A stretch of 64,000 nucleotides of DNA from a virus (lineage: Duplodnaviria > Caudoviricetes), in IMG/VR virus record IMGVR_UViG_3300012006_000003, positions 96 through 64,095 of that record; one strand, 5' to 3'. Shown one piece after another: positions 49,206 through 56,655 of the stretch. The translations under genes were made by a program, and so were the position numbers. The stretch's first letter is position 1. The number at the start of each line of letters is the position of its first letter. Under the pieces are notes generated by a model, which made no database searches, was not told the origin of the DNA, and saw nothing but the letters and a program-made list of their open reading frames with translations.

Positions 49206-49580
49206 TTATCCTTTTACACGTTTAAGTCTTGGATTTTTAGCTTTAGCTTTAGCACTAGCTTTTCTAGTTGATGCAGCTAATATAGCTCCAGCAGCTTGTT
49301 TACTTACACCTTGTTTAGCAGCTATCTTAGATTGTACAGCTTTAAAACCTGGATGTGTAGTACCTCCAGCTTTCATTTTTTTATTTTGCATTTTAGCTCC
49401 AGAAATTCTATCAGCTGCAGTTGGTTTAGGATTATTATCTATACCAGCTATAATAGATAAGATACCAAATGTAGACCCACCTTTTTTCATAGTAGGTCTT
49501 TCAGTTACACATTTACGTGAAGCTGATCTTACTTTAGCATTTTTGCAAGATGTTAAAACTGCTTTATTTGTAGTTGCCAT
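49206..49580 (-). CDS. Small basic protein
   Basis: 124 aa, K/R/A-rich; MKKGG and MKAGG motifs; HPGFKAVQSKIAAKQGVSKQAAGAILA segment. Confidence 0.6.
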   Translation of the reverse strand: MATTNKAVLTSCKNAKVRSASRKCVTERPTMKKGGSTFGILSIIAGIDNNPKPTAADRISGAKMQNKKMKAGGTTHPGFKAVQSKIAAKQGVSKQAAGAILAASTRKASAKAKAKNPRLKRVKG

Positions 49581-49582
49581 AA

Positions 49583-50497
49583 CTATTTCTTTTTAGATTT
49601 AACTACTCCACCTTTCTTTTTTGTCATGTCATATACCTTCTTAGCTACATAACCTATAGGACTACCAGAAATTACACCTTCTTTGAACGCTGCTGCTGCA
49701 CTTCTAGGTTTTGGTTTTGCGTCTCCAGCTATTTTACTTTTAAGGGCACTATATTTTTTTATATTAGCTTCACGCATCTCATCTACTGAAGGTCTTGGAC
49801 CAACAGTTTTTTTAATAGGTGCTGTTGCACCTCTCTTTGGTATATTACCACTAGTTTTAGTAGATGGAGATTTAGTATTTATAACAGCATCTTCATATTT
49901 AGTTTTAGGCAGAGGTTTGTTATACTTAAAACCAACATTTGGATCTCCAAATTCTATACTTGGTTTTCTAACTGGTTCAGTACTTTTAGGAGCAGCTGTT
50001 GTTTTAGCACTTACGCCAGCTCTTACTCTTGATGAATCAACTTTTGACTTAATACCTTTTGAGTTAGGACCTTTAGGAGAAGTAGCGTTTATTCTTGTCA
50101 TTGCTGCTCTTGGAGTTTCACCAGGTATACTTGTTGGTGTTGTTTCAAACATTCCTACACCAGCATTAGAAGCTCCTTTTTTTGGTGTTGCTTTAGCAGC
50201 TGGTTTTCTAGGATAACCCGTTGACATACCATCTTCAGCTTTAGGTAAAGATTTCATTACCATTGCATTTCTAGCATCATTAGCTTTTCTAAAAGTAGTT
50301 AATACATGTTCTTTTTTTACTGAACCACCTTTTCTACCAAATCCCATTTGACTTGATGTACCCATATTTTCTTGTGGAATACCAAATATATTTACTGGAG
50401 CTTTTGCTACTGCAGAACCTCCTAGTTTCATTTTCATTGCACCACCGCATTTAGCGCATCCTAACTTTTTCATAATATATAAATTTAACAGTTCCAC
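49583..50497 (-). CDS. Basic low-complexity protein
   Basis: 304 aa (true start probably the Met at ~50473, MKKLGCAKCGG); K/P/T-rich; xxxGG motifs at both ends. Confidence 0.55.
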   Translation of the reverse strand: MELLNLYIMKKLGCAKCGGAMKMKLGGSAVAKAPVNIFGIPQENMGTSSQMGFGRKGGSVKKEHVLTTFRKANDARNAMVMKSLPKAEDGMSTGYPRKPAAKATPKKGASNAGVGMFETTPTSIPGETPRAAMTRINATSPKGPNSKGIKSKVDSSRVRAGVSAKTTAAPKSTEPVRKPSIEFGDPNVGFKYNKPLPKTKYEDAVINTKSPSTKTSGNIPKRGATAPIKKTVGPRPSVDEMREANIKKYSALKSKIAGDAKPKPRSAAAAFKEGVISGSPIGYVAKKVYDMTKKKGGVVKSKKK

Positions 50498-50757
50498 TTT
50501 CTTAAAGCAAGAGCCTTTCTAGTTGGCTTTCCTTTTTCATCTTTCATTGGTCCATCAACTCCTGACATTCTAGCACAAAAACTTTTACGTCTCTTAGCAT
50601 CTTTGCTATCAGGATTTAATTTAGATGGTTTAGTAGTAACTGCCATCTTAAGTTTAGAACCAGGATTAGCTTTTCTATAGGAAGCAACACCTTTAGCATT
50701 TAAGCCTCCGGTTTTGCTTTTTCCTACAGATCTTGTCCATGCAGGTGTCTTTGCCAT
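50485..50757 (-). CDS. Small basic phage protein (DUF6321-like)
   Basis: 90 aa; AWTR..GK..GGLNAKG..SY...NPGSKLK...RRKSFCARM...LRKWNC resembles a widespread phage protein family. Confidence 0.65.
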   Translation of the reverse strand: MAKTPAWTRSVGKSKTGGLNAKGVASYRKANPGSKLKMAVTTKPSKLNPDSKDAKRRKSFCARMSGVDGPMKDEKGKPTRKALALRKWNC

Positions 50758-50759
50758 GG

Positions 50760-52301
50760 TTATTTCTTTTTATTTCTTTTAACAATACCACCTTTTTTCA
50801 TCATCATTTTTTTCTCTGTCTCAGAAATCTTTTCTTTTAATCTTTCTGATCTATCTTCATTACCTCTTGAAGCAGCTCTTCCTGCTCTTCTTTCTCTACT
50901 TTCATTCAACATACCTCTTACCTTATTACCAAAAGTTGCTCTTGGTTGTGCACCACTTACAGGGTTTGAACTTGAAGGTGTACTTGATGAAGTACTTGGA
51001 CTTGTACTTGTACTTGCAGTTGATGTTGCTGCAGCTTTTGGTTGAATGATTTCTTTTTTAGCTTCAATAGTATTAGCAATTGGTGCTATAGGTTTCATTT
51101 CCATTTTGTCAACCTTATTATCTGCTTTTGGAGTTGCAGGTGTTACAGGTTTTTTAACTACAGGTTTTTTAACTACAGGTTTAGTTTCAGCTTTCTTAGT
51201 ATCCGCTTTCACCATTGTTGGTGCTTCATACTTTTTCTTATCTGGATTAAAACCATACCATTTATCTGATGGAGATCTACCCCACTTATCTTTTCCAGCA
51301 ACTTTGCTTCTGTCACCTGTGAATTTTACTGAACTACCATCACCTTTTTTATTACCGGCAAGTTTATCAAGCATATCTGGAATTGTACTTTTTTTAGATT
51401 TACTTTTATCATCAACAACAGGTTTAGTATCTTCTTTCTTTTTACCAGCTTCAGGTTTTTTAGTATCTTTTTTAGCTTTATCCTCTTTGCTTTTAGAAGA
51501 GTCATATAGTTTTTTAATACCATATGCTGCTGCTGCAGCACCTACAATAGTAGCACCTATTTTACCAGCTTTAACTAGTTTAGCTTTTTTAGCAAGTTTA
51601 ATAGCAAGTTGATTACCTTTAGTTACACCACCTCTATTGGTATTCTTACCTAATGTTTTTTTAAGTACTTCTTTAGGCTGTTTTAATGGATCTCTTGTAA
51701 CACCTCTACTTACACCACCTCTTGTTCTAGGTTTAGATACACTAGTTGCAGATTTTTCAGCAGTTGCTTTTTCAGAAGCAAGTCTTTCATTTGCTCTTGC
51801 TTTTATATCAGCTAAAGCTTTTCTTTTAGAACCTACACCTGGAGTTTCACCTTTAGAAGCACCTGCACGAGTTCTTGGTTTAGTGTCTACTAGTGGTTTC
51901 TTTTCTAATGGTGTTTTCTTTGCATACTTACCAGATGTACCTGGAGTATTTCCTTTACTTACACCACCACGTGTTCTTGGAGTAGTTGCAGTAGTTGTAG
52001 TAGTAACTGGTTTAGATGCAATAGGTTTAACTGGTTTTTTAACTGCAGGTTTAGGTGCTGGTTTAGAAGCCGTAGTAGTTGGTCTAACAGGAGCTTTATA
52101 TCCTTGACCTTTTACAACTTGTCCCATAGTTTTTGGATCAGTAGGTTTTAATTTAGTTGAACTTACTACAGGTTTGGGAGCTGGCTTAGGCTTAGGCGCA
52201 GGTTTGTTATTTATCCCACCAGGATTAATACCTTTTGGGTTAGGACCTTTAGATCTTGAGTTAGATTTTAATATCCCTTTTGGATTTATTTTACTTGCCA
52301 T
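50760..52301 (-). CDS. Very basic, disordered protein with internal repeats and one hydrophobic helix
   Basis: 513 aa, K/P/T/S-rich; PRTRGGVSKG repeats; IGATIVGAAAAAYGI helix; ends MMMKKGGIVKRNKKK. Confidence 0.6.
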   Translation of the reverse strand: MASKINPKGILKSNSRSKGPNPKGINPGGINNKPAPKPKPAPKPVVSSTKLKPTDPKTMGQVVKGQGYKAPVRPTTTASKPAPKPAVKKPVKPIASKPVTTTTTATTPRTRGGVSKGNTPGTSGKYAKKTPLEKKPLVDTKPRTRAGASKGETPGVGSKRKALADIKARANERLASEKATAEKSATSVSKPRTRGGVSRGVTRDPLKQPKEVLKKTLGKNTNRGGVTKGNQLAIKLAKKAKLVKAGKIGATIVGAAAAAYGIKKLYDSSKSKEDKAKKDTKKPEAGKKKEDTKPVVDDKSKSKKSTIPDMLDKLAGNKKGDGSSVKFTGDRSKVAGKDKWGRSPSDKWYGFNPDKKKYEAPTMVKADTKKAETKPVVKKPVVKKPVTPATPKADNKVDKMEMKPIAPIANTIEAKKEIIQPKAAATSTASTSTSPSTSSSTPSSSNPVSGAQPRATFGNKVRGMLNESRERRAGRAASRGNEDRSERLKEKISETEKKMMMKKGGIVKRNKKK

Positions 52302-52312
52302 GATCTTTCAGA

Positions 52313-52507
52313 TTAACATTTTTTACCTTTACTTCCACCCATCTTCATTTTAGGTGAAGCTTGTGGTTTGTTAACTTTACCCGGTGTTTTACCACCTGCA
52401 TTTTTTAATGCATAAACTGGAGTGTTGGTTCCACCAACTCTACCTGTTGCTTTTTGCTGTACGTTTACTTTTGCGTTAGCCATGATATATAGTTTTAAAA
52501 AAAGCAT
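52313..52507 (-). CDS. Small basic protein
   Basis: Probable start MANAKV at ~52483; ends MKMGGSKGKKC. Confidence 0.5.
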   Translation of the reverse strand: MLFLKLYIMANAKVNVQQKATGRVGGTNTPVYALKNAGGKTPGKVNKPQASPKMKMGGSKGKKC

Positions 52508-52537
52508 ACCAGCATTACTGGTATACTCTAGAGTTAT

Positions 52538-53548
52538 TTACATATTCCACAGTTTTTCAACTTGTGCATTTAAATCTTTTAAAATATCCTCATTTAAAGG
52601 ACTTTTTAAGAACTCAATTACATCTGATACATTTCTACCTAACAAGCTATTTGTTCTTGCATGGTAGATATAACCATCTGCCTTATTTATAATATACTTA
52701 AAAAATATGGAATCTTTAACAATTGCTTTGATTTTTAATGTTTCCATATCTAAAGCTGCTGCATCTAAGAAACCTTTTGCTGCTCTTTCTTTGTTACCTT
52801 CAGTACCTTCACCATTAATATGTCTATCCATGTTGTCATAGATAACATCATTAGGTGTATGTTTTTTATACTGTACACTAGCTGTATCAACTGCTTTTGC
52901 AATATAGAATAACTTAGTACTATTTTTATCAAATAGTTTCTGTAACTCAGCAAGTGCTTTATTTTTAAGTTTTTTGTATTCAGTTTTAACACCACTTGTT
53001 TCAGTTACTTTATCCAAGTAAAATTTTGGTGGTACTGCTTTTGATCTAGCATCTTCATAACTTCTTGATATAAGTGAGAATCCACCTGCTTCAACAGCAT
53101 ATAGTTTAATTCTATCATATGGATTTGCAGGATCTAAATATACTGGATCATTACCACATGACATTGTAATCTTATTCCAGAATTCTTTATTACTTGGTTT
53201 AAGTAATACTACATCATTCCAGAATGTTGGACTGTTAACATCCAATACATTTGCAGCTAATTCTCTTTCTAGTTCAGCAACTGCATTTCTAATTTCTCTT
53301 ACCTTAGCTTCTTTCTCTTCAGCAGGTAATAATTTAATCTCAGGAGCAAACTCATTCAATCCTGTTACATATCTTACTACTCCATTTTGTTCTAAGCAAG
53401 CTAATTGCTCAAAATGTTTAACACCATCAAATAATGATTGGCCATAATGTTCTAATCCCATGTTTGACATTGAGTTGTCAAAATAAGGTTTAACAGAGAT
53501 CTTGTTACTCTTGTTAGTGTTTAATACTTCTACGTGTGTGAAATCCAT
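52538..53548 (-). CDS. Conserved crAss-like structural protein downstream of MCP
   Basis: 336 aa; YVTGLNE, FWN..., LDPANPYD motifs; conserved position right after the major capsid gene. Confidence 0.6.
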   Translation of the reverse strand: MDFTHVEVLNTNKSNKISVKPYFDNSMSNMGLEHYGQSLFDGVKHFEQLACLEQNGVVRYVTGLNEFAPEIKLLPAEEKEAKVREIRNAVAELERELAANVLDVNSPTFWNDVVLLKPSNKEFWNKITMSCGNDPVYLDPANPYDRIKLYAVEAGGFSLISRSYEDARSKAVPPKFYLDKVTETSGVKTEYKKLKNKALAELQKLFDKNSTKLFYIAKAVDTASVQYKKHTPNDVIYDNMDRHINGEGTEGNKERAAKGFLDAAALDMETLKIKAIVKDSIFFKYIINKADGYIYHARTNSLLGRNVSDVIEFLKSPLNEDILKDLNAQVEKLWNM

Positions 53549-53578
53549 TTTGTGTTGGTTTTAAAATGTTTATAATTG

Positions 53579-53586
53579 TAAATATA
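53579..53586 (-). promoter_or_regulatory. Candidate promoter motif (TATATTTA)
   Basis: Directly after the MCP terminator; resembles the Bacteroidota -7 element TAnnTTTG. Confidence 0.45.
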
Positions 53587-53587
53587 T

Positions 53588-53621
53588 AAAAAAAGGAGGA
53601 GAATAAACCCCTCCTTTTTTT
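53588..53621 (-). terminator. Rho-independent terminator after MCP
   Basis: AAAAAAAGGAGG-N-CCTCCTTTTTTT inverted repeat with T-tracts on both strands. Confidence 0.8.
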
Positions 53622-53639
53622 ATTTTCTAGTTTGACATA

Positions 53640-55256
53640 TTAGAATGATCCACCTGTGATTGGATTTCTCATAACAATTTTCAATACTTTAGTTGGATCT
53701 TTAACCCAAATAGCTGGCATTGTTTGAGACATCATTACACGGTAACCGTTGAATTGTCCAGAAGATTGGAATCCTTGAGATCTACCCATGTAATCCATTG
53801 TTCCATTTTGGTACCACCATTTCAATTGATTATCCCAAGATAATTTCAACATGTAAATGTTGTCATTAGTGTTATCTGTGATATCAAAGATAATGAATGA
53901 GTAAGAAGATAATGGGAAACCATCAATGATTGGGTTCTCAATATCATTAGTATGAACATTGTCAAATGCAGGATTCAATACAAATTTCACATTAGCCAAG
54001 AATGGAATAACGTAAGAAGTGTAAGCAAATCCAAAGTTTAAGTCCATACCTTTACCAGTGATAGCACCGATATCAGCAGCTTGAATCAATAAACCTGAAG
54101 AAATAGCTTCTTGTTTAATTGCTTCATTAACCATTCTCATACCACCCATACCTGTTTGAACAACAAGTTGACGTTTAGGATCTGGTCCTTGGAACTCAAC
54201 TTTACCATTGAAGAAGTTATATAACTCTCCTCTGAATAAATCTAAGTTAAAGTTGTTTTTGTTGTAGATACGTTTGAAAGAGTTATCTAACTGTTTCCAT
54301 AAACCTACAGATAATCTTACATCATCTGGTCCGTCTTGACGTACTCTACCCCCGTGACCCCACATAAGGTAAGTCTCAATATCAGAAGCAATCTTAGTTA
54401 AGTGAGCAGCCTCCATGTTAGTTAAGAAAGTTCTTGATAAATCACCATTATCAAATGCTTTTTTAACTGAGTCTTTACCCATTACTTTAACCATATCATC
54501 CAAAGATGAAATAGATGGATCTAATCCTTTCAAGTGAGATCTCCAGATTTCAGTTACAGGAACTGTACCATCTGCATTCATACCACCTTTGATCATTAAA
54601 TCTGCTCTAGAAGAGATAGAGTAATGAACGTGAGCTTCAGCACCACCAACAAAGTTATAATACTCACGGAATCCTGTGTTAGTTTGGATGTCTGAGAATC
54701 TCTCACCATACTCACCTCTAGCAGAACCTTTACGGAATACTTTAGTACCATTAGCTAAATAAGCATTATCAATGTACTTGTAGTTATCATTGTTAACTAA
54801 CTGTACTGTATAGATGAATCCGTCACCAATTGGTAAGATATCATCAGCAGTAATGTACATCTCAACTCCATTGTATTTGTCATAAGTGATGATATCACCA
54901 TGTCCAAATTCTCTTTTGTTAAGCTTGATTTTGAAAGTAGTACCTTCAATACCTTTAGCATCATTACCTGGTTCAATGTCTTCAACAATGTAAGGAAGAT
55001 CAATTGAAACTGGAGTTTGCCATTTGTACTCACCTCTTGCGTTATCTACATTGATAACGTTTTTTCCACCAAAAGAAGATAACTGGTATAAAGGCATTTC
55101 AACTTTCTGAGCCATAGCCCATAAGTCTACTGGACCTAAATCCATTGGTTCTGCATCTTTTAGCATGTTTTGTAAATGGTAAGAATCAACATGTGAACTA
55201 GCATTGTATGCTGTATCACGTAGGAAAATACCATTATTTAATACTGGAGTTGCCAT
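53640..55256 (-). CDS. Major capsid protein (crAss-like, HK97 fold)
   Basis: 538 aa; portal-scaffold-MCP synteny; high-expression codon bias; VVQTGMGG, FGFAYTSY and WVKDPTK motifs typical of crAss-like MCPs; followed by a terminator. Confidence 0.85.
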   Translation of the reverse strand: MATPVLNNGIFLRDTAYNASSHVDSYHLQNMLKDAEPMDLGPVDLWAMAQKVEMPLYQLSSFGGKNVINVDNARGEYKWQTPVSIDLPYIVEDIEPGNDAKGIEGTTFKIKLNKREFGHGDIITYDKYNGVEMYITADDILPIGDGFIYTVQLVNNDNYKYIDNAYLANGTKVFRKGSARGEYGERFSDIQTNTGFREYYNFVGGAEAHVHYSISSRADLMIKGGMNADGTVPVTEIWRSHLKGLDPSISSLDDMVKVMGKDSVKKAFDNGDLSRTFLTNMEAAHLTKIASDIETYLMWGHGGRVRQDGPDDVRLSVGLWKQLDNSFKRIYNKNNFNLDLFRGELYNFFNGKVEFQGPDPKRQLVVQTGMGGMRMVNEAIKQEAISSGLLIQAADIGAITGKGMDLNFGFAYTSYVIPFLANVKFVLNPAFDNVHTNDIENPIIDGFPLSSYSFIIFDITDNTNDNIYMLKLSWDNQLKWWYQNGTMDYMGRSQGFQSSGQFNGYRVMMSQTMPAIWVKDPTKVLKIVMRNPITGGSF

Positions 55257-55288
55257 TTGTTTTTATTTATTTATTTATATTATTTATT

Positions 55289-56542
55289 TTAAAATCTTTT
55301 AAACATACTACTACCAGATGATCTTGATATTGTATTGTTACTTGTAGTTTTTCTTGCTTGTTGTTTTTCATCTACAGTATTTGAAGATGCAATCTTTTTA
55401 GCCTCTTCAGTTTTTAACATTCTTACTGTTTTTTCTGTTGCAACTTTAGTACCCTGATCTTTTATCTTAGCTCTGTATCCTTCTGGATCTGCTAATAACC
55501 ATAGTGCTTCAGCAATAAGATCATGTCTTGGTTCTACAAACTGATACTTCTCTAATAGGTGACCTAACATATTTGTAGGCTTACCTGATATTGAAGGATA
55601 GTTTGGTTGAACTAATCCACTATACAGCATGTTCTGTGTTTTCTTATCAAGCTTAACTCCATCAAGTTCTCCTGTTGACAATACGTTATATACATTATCC
55701 GTATATACTTTTGCAGCTTGAACTTGTTGCTCTTTCTTAGTTTCTTGTTCTGCTAGTTTTCTAGATACAATCTCTTCCTGCATTCTATCCAACTTAGGTT
55801 TAAACTGTTTAGCTTTTTGTCCTAACTTATCTACATCTGCCCAGTCTTCAATCTCTGACTCTATTTCCTCTGGTGTACCAAAGTTTGTAGCGTATAAGTA
55901 TTGTCTAGCAATCTCAGCTTGATGATTCTCATCTTCTGGATCTAATTCAAATACTTCTTCTACTTGAGCAAGAGTTCTAAACAATCCTTTAAGATCTTGT
56001 CCACCATCAGCTACATATTTAGCTGCAGTTTTCAATTCATCTGGTAAAGCATTAAAAAACTCTTTTGGCACATCTTCTTTAATCTTTCTCTCTTTCTCTT
56101 GAAAGTTAGCTTCAAACAATTCTCTAAAGTCTTTAGTTGTATATTCCTCTAGATCTTTGTCATCATCAAAACCAAAAAGTGTACCTTCTTCAATCATCTT
56201 AGAAGCTAACTCATATAAACCTGATTTATCTACTTTAGGTCTACCTTTATTACCTGCTTCTTCTTCCTGAGCAATAAGTCCATCCAATTCATCAATTGTT
56301 TCTTGAACTTCTTCCTTAGTGATTGTTTGCTCTGCTGTATCTGGTTTAGTTGTTACACCAGTTTTACTATCAAGGAACTCATAATCAGTTTTAGCATCTT
56401 TAGAAAAAAGAGACTTTTTCTCTTCTTCCTCTTCTGGTAGCATCACGTTATCCGCTCCAGGCATTCCAAATAATTCATCCAAGTTTACATCTACCTGTGA
56501 AACGGTAGTGTTGTCTTGTGTTGCTTGCTCATCAGTATTCAT
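55289..56542 (-). CDS. Acidic scaffold-like protein
   Basis: 417 aa; very acidic N-terminus, coiled coil, located between portal and MCP. Confidence 0.6.
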   Translation of the reverse strand: MNTDEQATQDNTTVSQVDVNLDELFGMPGADNVMLPEEEEEKKSLFSKDAKTDYEFLDSKTGVTTKPDTAEQTITKEEVQETIDELDGLIAQEEEAGNKGRPKVDKSGLYELASKMIEEGTLFGFDDDKDLEEYTTKDFRELFEANFQEKERKIKEDVPKEFFNALPDELKTAAKYVADGGQDLKGLFRTLAQVEEVFELDPEDENHQAEIARQYLYATNFGTPEEIESEIEDWADVDKLGQKAKQFKPKLDRMQEEIVSRKLAEQETKKEQQVQAAKVYTDNVYNVLSTGELDGVKLDKKTQNMLYSGLVQPNYPSISGKPTNMLGHLLEKYQFVEPRHDLIAEALWLLADPEGYRAKIKDQGTKVATEKTVRMLKTEEAKKIASSNTVDEKQQARKTTSNNTISRSSGSSMFKRF

Positions 56543-56567
56543 ATGTTGGTCTTTATGTTACTATTAA

Positions 56568-56575
56568 TAATATAA
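56568..56575 (-). promoter_or_regulatory. Candidate late promoter motif (TATATTA)
   Basis: Shared TATATT(T)A motif ~25 nt upstream of the scaffold ATG; also present in six other intergenic gaps. Confidence 0.45.
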
Positions 56576-56655
56576 GTATTTTTTTTACAAATAAACTTCA
56601 TATATTTAAAATAGACTATTTTTTAATATTGTTTTTTGCCACTATATAGCTAAGT

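Noticed and set aside
51620-51980. DNA repeats as a CRISPR-like array or DGR template
   Set aside because: The repeats are short, degenerate and in-frame (coding PRTRGGVSKG). There are no regular spacers and no cas operon or reverse transcriptase in the window.
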